From Octopus vulgaris (lineage: Eukaryota): a DNA stretch of 64,000 bases. Below the pieces are notes generated by a model. It was not told where the DNA came from, did not search any database, and saw nothing but the letters and a program-made list of their open reading frames with translations. Positions 25,911-39,899 of the stretch are shown here, piece by piece (the stretch's first letter is position 1; each line of letters begins with the position of its first letter). The position numbers and the translations under genes are program-made. The stretch lies in assembly GCA_951406725.2 (NCBI GenBank), contig OX597814.1, positions 138,570,001-138,634,000 of the forward strand, written 5' to 3'.

Positions 25911-27124
25911 ATGTTCTACAAATGTATTGATTATCATTACCGAAATAAGTGACAATATCAGTGTACAGTATGTGTTCTGGCGTTTTAGTTAGCTCAGGAA
26001 CTTAAGCCACAAGGTATACACACGATAGTTATTGTTACTTTACTTTGGTATATGCCATATCTAGACTTTTAGCTCTTAATTTAAGGTGACTTCTCAAAGG
26101 AAAAAATAAATAAATAACACAGAATGACAGAAAGAAGAAATGTGACAAATATATCTTCAGGCAGAATCAATAAAAAAGAAAAAAAGAAAAATAACAGGAA
26201 TGGATATAAGTTTAGCACTATTGAATAGTCGAAAAATATTTCTCACCCAAGACATTTATAAGAATACAGCATACATCCATACGTCCATTTTATTTATTTA
26301 TGCTTTTATTTATTTTGGTTGAAACTTTCATCAGATTTAGGCAGAAACTATTTAATTATGAGTAAATAGAAAAGATTGTAAAGGAAGAAGTTATAGTAGT
26401 TAAGGTTACATAGAAAAATTGTGAAAAAACATGTAAGGTTTTGCATTGCGAGTTGAATCGTTAAAACTACACTCAAGCACTGTACTTATTCTAACATCAA
26501 CGACAAACTGGGCGCTAGCATACTTGATGCAATAAGCAATGGAATTCTATAGAATTAAAATTACACCTAATGGTGTATTTTAATTAAAATTTCCAATAAC
26601 AAGTATGTTAGTGCCCACTTTACCATTAATTTTTAATGCAGCAGGCGTTCATGACTATTTTTTCCCTGTTATTATTTAAATTTCAACATTACTAACAGAA
26701 CTAATAAAACAGCTTGTATTTATATGCATGGATATATTTGTAAATGTATGAGTGTGTGTGCTCGCGCGCGCGCGTGTGTGTGTTGTTAAAATAGTTTATT
26801 ATATTAAAGCAATTTTGAGAGTAATAGCAGAACATTTACTGATCGAGGGATTCTATACTGAAACTACTTTCAAACTTATTATATAGATTAGGCTGACTGG
26901 GTTTCTAAATTTCGCCTATTGATTTGCCCAACTAAGTGTGTTTAAGCGTGTATATGTGTGTGTGTTTATATACATATATAGATATCTGTAGATATGTATG
27001 TGAAGTAAGAAATTTTAAATAAGAATTTAACACAGGTTCAAAAGCTTCTCACATTATAAAAGCTTAAAAGTAATTCGATTTTAAAAACGTATCAGCATCA
27101 AAATGTATGCACACGCAGAAAAAC

Positions 27125-27155
<31 letters not shown>

Positions 27156-27389
27156 TCAAATTTAATAGACATATAAACTACACACAATCTTGCTACAATT
27201 CAAGTCATCGATGTTTAACAAATTAATTTTGTTTTCCGATTCAGTATCCAGGTAACGCTGAAGACCTAAAATATTTCTAGAATGTTATAAGTTGGTCTAA
27301 AAAAAAAAAAATTAGCGCTCGTCTTTGGCTTATCATTTGAATTCCTAGACATTTTATAGCATTTTCAATTTTTATACATTTATATCTTT

Positions 27390-27703
27390 GTCATTCATTC
27401 GGTTCTCATTGTGCCTTGTAGCACTTGAGGCGACAGCGAGATCATTCTTCCTTCTAATACTGAAAGCGTCCTTGACGGCTTGTTCCATTGTTAACCCTTT
27501 GCTTTTAAGATATTTTGTTATTGTTCTCTGCCACGTTTCCTTTGGTCAGCCACGTCTTCTTTTACCTTGTGGAACCCATTTCAAAGCGATCCTGACAATT
27601 GAGTTCGGTTTATAGCGACAAACTCGACCCAGCCATTTCGATCTCCTTGCTTCAATAGTTTCTCTAATTGGTTTCACGTTAGCCTTGATGTGTAGCTCCA
27701 CTG
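27390..27703 (-). mobile_element. RTE-clade LINE 3' end
   Basis: Minus strand: KWLGRVCR..PNSIVRIALKWVPQGKRRRG*PKETWQRTI, then a short (GAAT) tail. Confidence 0.8.
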
Positions 27704-28431
27704 ATTAATTCTGAATATAAACAACTTTCTTTGAGCTCCTTGTATTATTCAACTTTTTAAATGGTATAGCATTTATTCCTATAGTTTTGCATACAGTAGT
27801 AAAATTCGTGGTATCTTTGTACACCTAAATAGTAAGACGTTAAAATATTTATCAGGTGTTTTTTGTCACATATATATTTGAACTGATTTTTAAAATCTGT
27901 TAAGTTCACAACACTACTTAGCGCGCATAACATATTATGTATTTCAGCTGATCGCAAGGCTCTGTACGTATTCTTTACTGATTTTCTATAAAGAAAGCTA
28001 TAACTTCCAAATTCATCTCAAGGTTCTATCTTTTGTGTAGTACGCGGTACTGACAATAGCCAAGGAGCTAAAACTGCATTTATCTGAATATCTGTATTTA
28101 GAGAGAATTTATCCACGCTAAACAGTAATGCAACAGGGCTTTTTACAGGTTAAAAACACCAAAAACATATTTGAAGAAATTTAGAAATATATTCTTTAAA
28201 TTTAAATTATTCAAATTGTTGAAGGAAGTGTTAAAATATGCAATACTTTTCTGAAGTTTAGCATGTTTCTTTTTACTGGCGTCCTCTGATTTCCGATAAT
28301 AAACTGTTTATTTAATAAATGTCAGCCCTTTCATGAAGGAAAATTTCAAAGAAATATAAATGAGAACTTACGTAAATTGCGTGCGTGTGCGTGTGTGTGT
28401 GTGTCTCTGTATGTGTATGTGTTTGCATACA

Positions 28432-28511
<80 letters not shown>

Positions 28512-30136
28512 AAATATAACACTTATGTATAAGCACACGCATGTACACACATACATACGTGTGATTTTGTGTCTGCGTGTGTACAACATCATTAGGCATC
28601 AAACTGGAATTGAAAGCATAAAAGGATGTAGAAAGGTGGCAGAGGAAGTCTATAGAGTAGAACTGGCGTCTGGGTGCAAGTAATTTAGTTCCACAGATAG
28701 ATTTATTGTTTTGAACAATCGCTTTAATTCTATGCAAAAAAGATGTATGATCACACACGTCTATGAAGTGAAGTTACAAAGTGATTGTTTCTTTACTAAT
28801 GAAAGCTACTGACGTTAAATTAGTAGGCAGGCCTTCATATGAAATCTTTGTTGTTCTGGATTGTTGCATTTTCTATTTTAGAATTTTGATTATTCGCACA
28901 ATATTAATATAGGAAACTGAATGAAAATATGAAAATCAAGATGTAATAAAAATGAAAAGAAATAATTGACTCGTTTCACTTAATTGATGATAATTATATG
29001 CCGCTTATTTTAGACACACTAGATATCAAAGAAATTTTTACGAATGATATCTTTATTTATTGACTATTTTGTGCGCAATTCAAATACGATCTTCAGCTAT
29101 TATTTTGTCATTATATTTTTGCATTTTACTCTTACTTTATATCTTTATTTTATGCCATTCGATTTATATGTATTGACGCACCTTGTTTGTCCATGGTATG
29201 TGTGCATATTAATTCGTTCATATTATTAAGTTATACTTTATATTGCTTGCAGATGAGAGAAAACTTTCTAGGGAACACAGAGTGGAAACAGTATAAAAGA
29301 AATCGCACTTGGTTAAGTCCTGCAGCAATGAAATGTTTCCCTATCGACAACTTTTACGTTTTTTTCTGTTCCCGAGCATATTTCCCGCTAATACTCTGAT
29401 TGGTAATCGATTAGTAGCTGCTGATTGGGAGCTAACTGGATAAAATCCTATCAAAGCCAACAGCATGAACATGTTATATTTACTTACAACAATACGATTT
29501 CATACTTGATGCAGGAATATATGCCAGAAAGATTAATTGGGTTGTAAAAATTACAAAACGAGAAGTTACACTCTTGCGTTATGTGGACTACAGTATTCCA
29601 TGGAATGCAATAGATATCTATATGTTACAAACCTCATGTGCTGTTTAAATGTTAAGAGACTCCTTTAAAGGAAATTTATGAATTTCAGGATGATATATCA
29701 CTCAAACAATTTTCCTTAGTTTCGGTTAAATATCGTTTAAATGTGAAAGTTGATTTCTTTAAGAGAAATCTAATTAGTCGTTAACCGCAACTCAAAGGTC
29801 TTTAGATATATACTTGATTGGAATATGTACATACATATATGTATGCGTACATGCATACATACAAACACACATACACACAAACACACACATATCTACTCGA
29901 AGTAGATAAAGCTATAAATAATAGCACGTAGAATACTAAGATAAAAACTCCTCGGGCACGAAAAAGCTCATGGCTGCCTTTGGGACAAGGGATTTTAAAG
30001 CCCAATATGCTACATAGTAATATTTATAGTTTTTATCTATTTTGAATTACATTGTTAAAACGATACACGCACGCACGCACACACATATGCACACGCACAC
30101 TCACACACATATATATACATATATATTATATATAAC

Positions 30137-30549
30137 CTTTTCTACTCTAGGCACAAATTTCTACTCTAGGCCCGAAATTATGGGCGAGGGGGTCCGTCGA
30201 TTAGATCTAACCCAGTACGCAACTGATACTTAATTTATCGACCCCGAAAGGATGAAAGGCAAAGTCGACCTTGGCGAAATTTGAACTCAGAACGTAGCGG
30301 CAAACAAAATACCAATTTCTTTACTACCCACAAGGGGCCAAACACAGAGAGGACAAACAAAGACAGACAAACGGATTAAGTCGATTACATCGACCCCAGT
30401 GCGTAACTGGTACTTAATTTATCGACCCCGAAAGGATGGAGGGTAAAGTCGACCTCGGCGGCAGAATTTGAACTCAGAACGTAACGGCAGACGAAATAAC
30501 GCTAGGCATTTCGCCTGGCGTGCTACCGATTCTGTCAGCTCACCGCCTT
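30137..30549 (-). mobile_element. SINE family B dimer or nested pair
   Basis: Two copies of atcgaccccgaaaggatg.a.gg.aaagtcgacct.ggcg (about 30237 and 30421). Head aaggcggtgagctg at 30549. Confidence 0.85.
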
Positions 30550-31298
30550 CCTATTATGGGGATGTTAAATAAACCAACACTAGTTCATTATATATAATGA
30601 ACAAGCGCAGTCTAACATTATGGTACAGGTATGATTATATATACTTATATCGCCTAATGTTACTGCATCATACAGATCCGTCATTGAACTGTTCACAATT
30701 AATATATATATATATATAATGGTGAAATTATACAAAATGTATAAGTGGATGATGAGTAAAGCACCAGCACAGTTTCGATTACCTGTTGTTATCCGTAGAT
30801 TGCAGGAACTTCATAGTGGCGGTGGAGGTAAAGTATTAATAAAATAGATGGAGAAAAATATTTTATTAAGTATGACACATGTTGCGAGGCGTTCTGCGTC
30901 TATTCGGGTATATAAATGAATAAAAAAATAAAAAGTCTCACTAGAGATTCGATTTTAAGTATCGCTAAATTGTTCGTCAACTTGTATATATTTGGATTTT
31001 CATTCGCATACATAGGTAACCGTGAGCTATAAAGTAACTTTCGCAAGTTCGATAACTATAAAGCAACTTATCGCAACTTCGATGTGGGGAAAATTTACAA
31101 AGGCGGTGCTCCTGCATGGCCGCAGTCAAATGACTGAAACAAGTAAAAGAATAAAAAATAAAAGATTAACCTTCTACGTCAATAAACTACTATCGTTCCT
31201 GAAAGTCGTTTTCCATACCTTCTGCAGACTGCCCAAAATCTACTAACTTCTTACTCCTGGATCCTTGGATATTATCTTTATATATCATTATATATATA

Positions 31299-31430
31299 TA
31301 TAATCAAAATAAGCAACAAGAATATTGCTTATTTTGATTATAATCACCCCATTTTGAATTATATGGATACCATACTAAATTCTGGTGCCTTTAACTTAAG
31401 TACCATATTCAACTGAATCTAAATTTTACT
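31299..31430. repeat. Miniature foldback after (TA)n: 18-bp arms plus tail
   Basis: tataatcaaaataagcaa (31299-31316) / ttgcttattttgattata (31325-31342). Confidence 0.55.
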
Positions 31431-31433
31431 GAA

Positions 31434-31651
31434 CGTTTAACATTTAAACCGACCATATCAGCCCCGAATATTGTATCTATGTTATGTTCAAACTGGCCAT
31501 ATCCGACTTTTACACCGACCCTACAATCCCATTCTAAAAATAAACTATCATATAATCAGAATCTTAAAAGTAAGAGATAATGCATGAGTACTTCAAAAAA
31601 ATATGAATAAATAAGCTTTGCATTTGAAAGAGTAATCTGAATGCTGAAGGG
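31434..31651. mobile_element. Degenerate piggyBac-type MITE
   Basis: tgaa|cgtttaacattt ... aatgctgaaggg|tcaa, read as a decayed TTAA|CCCTTTAGCATT-type end. Confidence 0.4.
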
Positions 31652-32280
31652 TCAATGTCATCTTGTAGACAGTATGTCAATAAGTTTTATTGTATATTTT
31701 ACAGGATCAGAATGAGCACCAATTGATGCACACTGGGTGTGTATTTACTATCAAGCACGAAAATATTTGTAACGAGAGTTTGTTCTATTGCTTGATGTGG
31801 AGAAAATATTATTTTCCACCACCTTCATAAGACCTACGATAACGGTGGAGCTGATGTCGTAAAGAGTCCGCTTAGACTGTTCCAATTTGTAAGCAGGGAG
31901 GACATTCCACAGGGTTTTACTCTCAATGGGTGGGGGGTGATTAGATGTAGTGATTAGAGCGGGAGCTGTGGAAGGGATGGGTGGAGACAACATGGAAGAG
32001 AAGCGATTGAGTCGAGAATGCCTGAGTGATGGTAGGTCGAGACCAGCAACTGCTAAAGAGCCAAAGCCATTATAGTTGGTGGAAAAGGTAGAGAGAGAGA
32101 GAGAGAAAGAAAGAGAGAGAGAGGTGACAGTGCAATTGGTCTGCCAGAGGCTGGCGTATGTGTGTGGCAGAAAAAGTCAGTCATCAAGCAGTGGAATTGG
32201 TTATATGCCCAACTAGTAAAGCTGTCTATCTAGTTATTTGTCGTTTTCTCTTTCTGTTTTATTTCTTTTCACCTACTTAC

Positions 32281-32423
<143 letters not shown>

Positions 32424-32459
32424 ACTATCTATCGATCGATCTGTTTCCCCAACCCCTGA

Positions 32460-32506
<47 letters not shown>

Positions 32507-34249
32507 AATGCATATGCCTATCTATGAACAAGTGTGGGTAAATATTATTGTGTCGGTTTTATTGAGTTATTCTCAAGGTTTATGATTTCTTAATAAATCG
32601 TTTATAAATCGTTTTCAAGCAAATGCCCGTTACTTTCCTAATGTCTACCTTTAATTACACTATGTGTTAATTACTGCCAATGCGTTGTACATACCTCAAA
32701 TCTACTCGTGTTCAGAATCAATACTAAATCGTCTTGCCTGTATTTTGTCTAGCTATAAACATCTTCACTAAACTTTTACTTATCTAGCCAAGCATCTCTT
32801 CTAATAAATTGGACAGCCCAATCTCTAGTAGATGATTAGAAAGTTTTAATCAAGACTTCAACTAAGTTTCAAATCAGATTTCCATTAGTTAGGTTTATTG
32901 TGAAAGCGGTAGAATTCTTATGAAGGAATTGATTATAAGCGTCTGCTCAAAAACTGATCTCACAAACAACAGATATATTATTTCACAAAACATGTATTTT
33001 CTTCGATGAAAATATACTCTGTCATTCTTCTAAAGAATTGGTTGTCTGTAAACTGAATCTTGTTCCCACCACCACCACACACACACATCTCTCTCTTTCT
33101 ATCTCTCTCGCTTGCTCTCTTCTCTTCTATACTATTCTGCTGCATGCTTGTAATTCTGTTACATTTTCTTCAGAATAGAAATAGTAGTCACTGTAATCTA
33201 TTTCCTTAGATTAATCAACTCCAGAGTTCTTTATTGAGCGTTGAAATATTGATAATTTTTAAAGCAGTTGGAGGGTGGAGTGGCCGCAGAAACCCATAAA
33301 CTATAGAGCACTGGACTGAATACCTTTGCACTTAGGGTTCAAACTTCACTGAAGTAAAATTTACTACATATTTTTTCCAGAAGTAAAAATATACAAGTCA
33401 AATAATTGAATCGACTGTGCATTTCCGAGAAGAATTTTTAACAATATCCCAAAGGAAATAATTATTTCTAATTCTTGGCACAAAATTGGCAATTTTGAGG
33501 GAAGGGGCAAGACTATTGCATCGACTCCATTGTTCGATTACTGCTTATTTTATTGAACCAGAAAGTATGAAAGGCAAATTCGAGCTCGGCGGCATTTGAA
33601 CTCGGAATCTGAAACCGGAAGGAATGCCGATAAGCATTTGTCCAGCGTAAATGTTCCAATTAAATTATAACCGCATTATGGAATGGTGAAGGTACCACGG
33701 TAAAGTAAATTGCTAGATTGAACACGCAATTTTCTTGATTGTGTGTTCAAATTTTCTTGAAGTTGACTGTCATTTTGGTGAAAAAGTAAATGTAATAGTA
33801 GCATACAAGTGTTTATATTTTGTGACAAAAATGTTTTTGTATCTAAGAAAATTATAAACATTAATTCTTCATTTGTGTGCGTGTGTGTGTTTGTATGTTA
33901 TATAAATATATGTGTGTGTGTTTGTGTGTCTGTGTAGATTCAAACCAAATGCACATCCATTTATTTATTATTATTCAATGGTTAGGTTGCTAGCTTATTG
34001 ATTATTTGAGAGAAAGTGATGAATATTTATAGAACTAGCACATGGAACTGTATTGCTACTATAGAATATTTCTTAATCTTAATTTTTATGTTTACCATAA
34101 TTTAGATTGTAACAATATTTTTTTTTTTTTTTACGAAACTTCCAATCTGCTAGACAAGATAAAATAAAGGATTTTCGACAAGACTTCATATTTCAGTTGT
34201 TGATAATTAAGATGTTTTTTTGATTAAGGACCACTATTATGAGTAACAC

Positions 34250-34640
34250 AAAGGCGGCTACTGACTGAATCGTGAGCACGTCGGACAAAATGCTTAGTTG
34301 CATTTCGTCCGTTTTTATGTTCTGAATTCTAATTCCACCGAAGTCGGCTTTACTATTCATCCTTTCGGGGTCGATGAATCAAGTACCAGTTAAGCCTTGT
34401 GCCCATAGTAGAAGGGATTTATTATGAGTGATAAAAGGTTGTGAGCTGGCGGAATCGTCAAGAGTGCTGGAATAAATTCCTTGCATATTTCTTTCAGTTT
34501 ATCATGTTCTTAGTTCAATTTCCATCGCAGTCACCTTTACCTTCCATCCGGCTGGAGTCGATACAATAAAGCATTATTCAAATACAGAGGTTGATGGCAT
34601 CGACTAATTTTCTCACCTATTGGCATTCTGCCTTAATCAG
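34250..34640 (+). mobile_element. Two tandem SINE family B copies
   Basis: aaggcggc... head and ttcatcctttcggggtcgat, with a second copy from about 34435. Confidence 0.7.
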
Positions 34641-36329
34641 AGGCAAATGTGACACACGATAAAAAATCTATATCATAAAAGGCATATATCTCTGTCCGTC
34701 CCTCCGTCAGTGCAATGCTAAGATCAAGATAATATTTGCATAATTTCATTTTGTTGTCAAGAGAGAATACGGGAAAGTGATGCCCATAACACTACCACAT
34801 GGCAGTAAGACCGGGAGACGGATTAAGTCCACCACCTCAAAAATAGTGATGGGATTTGAATTCAGAAAGCGAAGACACGGAACAAACACTGTAAAGAATA
34901 TAGCTCGTCATTCTTTCATTTCTGTCAATCCACTGCCCCACACTGATGCATTTTTATTGACCCGATTGGATAGAAAGTAAAAAAAAAAGACATTGATCTA
35001 GGTTGAAGTTGAGCCAAGTGAGTAGTGGGTCAGAACAAATATGGCATGAGATTCTCATCGATACTTTACTCACTATGCCAGATGTGCAGCCTGTAAAAGT
35101 GGAATCAAAACCAAAAAAAAAAATGAATTTATTTAATTTATTCATTGAATTCCTATATACAACGTGATGAAAAATGAAGATTGTGTTTTACTTTTGGTCA
35201 ACTTTATCTTTTCCTCGTTTGTCACCGAAAACAAAACGTTTATCAATATTTCACTCTCAAATGATTAACTGTGTGATGAAAACAAAAGGGTAAGGAAGAA
35301 AACAAGGGAGATTGGGAAAAGAAAGTGAAAAATGATAGCAACAACAGATTTACTAAAGCGTTCAGAGTTACTCGTGTTGTATTTCGATTTATTAAATGCA
35401 GTTTCTTCTTTCACTTAAGACTGCTTATTTTTGAAGTGTATAAACTATTTTACAAAGACCTCCAGTCATCAAAGCAGTCCGTTCTGTTGTCTTAAGGTAA
35501 ATGCAATATATTCCTCTTAGACATTGATTGGTGTAAAACAACTGGAAAATTTTAAGCAATCATGAAGTTTATCACTGAAACTTATCATTTACGACTTTGT
35601 TTGCGAATGAGGAAGTTTTGCTTAAGATATTTCACTGAAATAATGTTACGTTAACGTTGTGGACAAAATTATAATAAAATACACCATTTGACGTTCGTCG
35701 TCTACATCATGTATTACTAACATACACTCATTTGGAAATTAGAGAGTTATTATGTGCTAACACGACCCGCAAGGAATTGCAAAGAAGTCTCCTTTAAATC
35801 AGCTACAATTACATCGTAATGATGAAATGAGATTCTCTTAAATATTTGTTTACTTATAAGAATAATGAAATAAAATAACAGAAAAAGTAATTTTTGTTCC
35901 ATGTATGATACCAAAAACATCTATTTATTATGCATGTAATATTTGATAATTACATTTTAAAATATGTCAAATTGTGCAATAACGTAATAAGAAAATAATC
36001 AATATTCATTTTGTTACAGAAAACGTTTGTAGAAAATTATATTTTTGAAACACCAATATATTATTTATGAAATAAAATAACTTAAAAATCTATTGGTGTG
36101 ATGTGCGATCAGAACATGTAAGGCAAGGGCTTACTTAGATTTCATAGTTTTTCCGTTCTTCTCTATTGCAATTTTAGCTTGTTCAAGCATATTTTATTCG
36201 TCGAATAATCAAATCCGAATGAGGTAAGTTAAATATCTTGTAGATAAGCAACAAGAATACAGCAGCAAGTAAGAAGACAGAGAATGAAACGGAAAGGGGA
36301 AAATCTAAAACAAGTTAATGTAATTTGAC

Positions 36330-36640
36330 GAAGACGAGCGTGTGAACGTCTTTCACAAAAACAGTCACAATGTATTTTGACTCAAAATACTGTGCAACAT
36401 AGATAAGTACGAGAACAGCTTTCTCATGAACAGTGTAAGCATATTTTAAACAAGATACTGCGCAATATAGACAAGTACAAGAACAACTCTCAAAGACAGC
36501 AAAGTCGCATTTTGGCTCAATGTTGAATATGATTGAGAATCAAAGCAACAACCTTCCCTAGAGCAGTGAAAAGGTATCTTAACACAGAATGTTGAATAAC
36601 ATAGAGAATCAGGACAACTTTCCCAAGAACAATTTGAAGA
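36330..36640 (+). repeat. Degenerate tandem repeat of about 69 bp in the Helitron N-terminal region
   Basis: agataagtacgagaacagctttctc (36401), agacaagtacaagaacaactctc (36469), and related units at about 36536 and 36605. Confidence 0.6.
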
Positions 36641-37214
36641 GATTTTAGAAAGAAAATGTTGAACAACCTCGTTAAGCACACCAGCAACTTCCCCCCAAAT
36701 AATCGGAGCAGCTAATATCTTAGAAGGTAATTAACTGTCAAAACATAATAATATTAAATGTTGCAAAACGGCATGATATAGACTCATTGCTAACAGTAAC
36801 TGTCAGTGTAAGCCGTCGTTGTTGTGACTTAGTAGACACGAGGTACCTTTATTGTAATGAAATAATATTCATGGCAGCACATTCTTTAGGAACATTGATT
36901 TATCCTGATTTTGCTATTTACTGTAAATCTGGATTAATCCGTATTCCAGATGTACCAAATTACGTTAAACTATATCCATTATTCATAATTAATTCACTAA
37001 TATATTTGAGAAGAAATATTCACAAGCGCAACAGTGCTCAGATCATATGTAGCGTAATAGCAAGCGATGATTCTACAGCTGATCGAGGCCTTTCCGTTTA
37101 AAGAATTCACAGAAGTGCTTATAGAATTCTTTTTGAAGAAATATTGTTACTGATACGCTATTTTATATTCAAACATTTACAATTCTGTAAAACAAATTCG
37201 ATAGTGTATACTAC

Positions 37215-37446
37215 CTATTTCTTTATTATCCACAATGGGCTAAACACAGAGGGGACACACAAGGACAGACAAACGGATTAAGTCGATTACATCGACCCAG
37301 TGCGTAACTGGTACTTATTTAATCGACCCCGAAACGATAAAAGGTAAAGTCGACCTCGGCGAACTTTGAACTCAGAACGTAAAGACAGACGAAATACCGC
37401 TAAGCATTTCGCCTGGCGTGCTAACGATTCTGCCAGCTCGCCGCCT
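37215..37446 (-). mobile_element. SINE family B, full length, 18-bp TSD
   Basis: TSD ttcgatagt(g/a)tatactac at 37197-37214 and 37447-37464. Confidence 0.9.
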
Positions 37447-37749
37447 TTCGATAGTATATACTACTGATAATGGAAGAGAAAATCTTGAGGAAATATTGGT
37501 AAGCAATATCTGAAGAGAGAACAACCAGCAAAATCTTCAAATATTTAGTGACTCTCTGCGAGGCTATGGCTTCATGGTGCAGCTATATTTTTCATGCTGA
37601 CTTAAATGGATGGTATTTCAGCAAATTAAAACAAAGCAGCAATAGAAAAGTGACACGTCTTCAATTTCATTCTGTTCATATTATGTGGGAAACTGATTTG
37701 GATAATATATTGAATTATATAAACCTTAATTCAAATACTTTTCTGTAGA

Positions 37750-38925
37750 CGGATGTGCTAAAGTCCAATCTGCTTGCTTGCCGTATATGAGAAACAATCA
37801 GTAGGCTCTAAGAGCAGACCTGCGTGGCATACTTGTCTTGCAGATGTAGGCGATACCAATCACATATTTAAAGGTAGTACGAGATATGTGATAAAGCAAC
37901 GGAAAGGTGCAATGGCTATCATAAGGAAATTTGAAAAAAAACATTATTTGTGAAATTTAGCCGTCTGGAGGCTTTGAGATGATATCGGATGATTTAGGAT
38001 TTAATGAACAATGAGAAATTTTTGGAAGAAAATTGTTACTCCTCGGTGGAGACTTCGGCAATTTCACTCTGTAATCCAAAGAGCTGAACGATTTTCGGTA
38101 ATTGATGCATGGATGAAAACGTATTCCTTTTGGAATTAATGCGACGTTTTGCAGATCCAAACAAATATGTGCGTTCTCAATTGTTAGAACAACGGTGATT
38201 TTACTGCATTTAGTCGGATAAACCACCATACATACTGGTTCGTGGACTTACAAAAATTAAGAACGTAATTCTTGGTGGGTGAACTATTCTGACAACAAAA
38301 ACGGTGAGGTTAATCAACTAACTGATGAAATGAATAAACTTCCTGGAAATGTGATTACCCTAAGATGCGTGGTCAAAGAAAATTAAATTGTTCTTTATCC
38401 CACAAATGTTTTCCCTTCACTGAATATAGATAATCTTCTTTATCGCATCATCAAAATCAAGATAGGGACTCCAGTAATGCTTCTCCGAAAGTTTAGCTAC
38501 TGTTGTCGCCAAATTGCCACTGCAATGATACTCGATATACGCCTCTTCAAACTACAGACCATTTGACTGCTATTGAACTTAGCGGCAACGATGTTGCAAG
38601 GGCCCTAACGATACGTCAGGTCTCTCTTGAACCGTCTGTCCCCGATTTACCAATCACTTTACAAAGGTTGCAATTTCCTATAAAACCTGCTTTTGTTATG
38701 TCGATAAGAGTGAAAGATTAAGTTTAAAGAGATGCTGATTGTATTTACCGAGTCTAGTGTTTACATAGGGGTTGTAATATGTTTCTTTCAGTAGAATGGG
38801 TAACCTAACAAACCTCAGAATATTTGCAAATGAAAGCGACGTCAAGTACATAACCAGAAAGACATAACCCAATGATGGATACTGAACATTGACTAGGAGC
38901 GTTGTTTATGAAGAATTCATCTGAG
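37750..38925 (+). pseudogene. Helitron PIF1-like helicase remnant
   Basis: FGRKLLLLGGDFRQ, VSLEPSVPDLPITLQRLQFPIKPAFVMSI, *YVSFSR and TRSVVYEE match RepHel C-terminal motifs. Many stops. Confidence 0.8.
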
Positions 38926-39482
38926 TAAATGTAAATATTGTATAATGTATAACATTGAGTTTACAGAATATGAAATAAAATATTTTAAAAATAAATATCT
39001 TTAGTCACACAACATTAAAAGATTATCTATTAAGCTTTCACTGAGAAGAAAACTTAGATTAAATGAATTACCTAATTAAAAATACCTAATATAATATCTG
39101 TTTCTTTCCGAAAATGAAAATAGAAGTAAAGTTAATACGTTTCTAATTCTGTCAATGACTGTTTGTGTTTAAAGTTGATACATTAATTATTAAAGGTAAA
39201 CTTTTAAGTAGACAAAATTTAAATTTTGGCTTTTAGCCGTAAGTAAGGCGACAAGTATCAAACAAGTTATTATAAAAGAGAAGCAAGTATTGAACAAATA
39301 TAAAACCACTGATGAAAAGTGTAAAAGTAATTAGCAACCATCGACTTTTTATAAAGTCTATCTACTTTGTAACTATATTTCCGGCTGAAGTAATTTTATT
39401 TCTAATCCTTAATATTCTTAAAAGAATGACTGAATGTCACGCAATTATCCTCATTTCTGTCTCTTTGTTTATTGGCCATAAC

Positions 39483-39899
39483 GGAGCTTTTCGCTTTGAA
39501 CGGCAGTTTTTAACATAATTTCTAGGTAACTAAAAACTTTTAAACTTCGTATACTGGTAGAATCTGTTTATAAAACATCTTTTTCTCTTGGCTTTATTGA
39601 GAAAATTCTATAGTTTGTAAGATATTAGTTGTTTTTTTTTCTTCAATTTCTGCAATTTCAACCAATCATTGACGACTATTGAGGTAAAAAACATTCTGTG
39701 CCGTATGAATATATCCCTCGTTTAAGAAACATATTGGATTTATTTACATTTGTGAAGAAAAAAAGATACCCTTCCCCCCACCTTAACCCTAACCCTAAAA
39801 CACATTGAAATGCAATAGATCGATACTAGGGTCATAATTATGGGTGACAATTTCATATGACACCACTAGGAAAAACTGCCGTTCAAACCGAAAAGATCC
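39483..39899. mobile_element. MITE with 28-bp TIR and 8-bp TSD (Merlin-like), copy 1
   Basis: Perfect TSD gccataac (39475-39482, 39900-39907). TIR GGATCTTTTCGGTTTGAACGGCAGTTTT. Internal CCCTAA repeats at 39781-39798. Confidence 0.9.

Noticed and set aside
29252-29430. Acceptor-like site with ATG and two reverse CCAAT boxes
   Set aside because: Weak donor and short motifs expected by chance. No independent support.
36330-36640. Regularly spaced repeats resembling a CRISPR array
   Set aside because: Whole units are degenerate tandem copies without unique spacers, the context is eukaryotic, and there are no cas genes.
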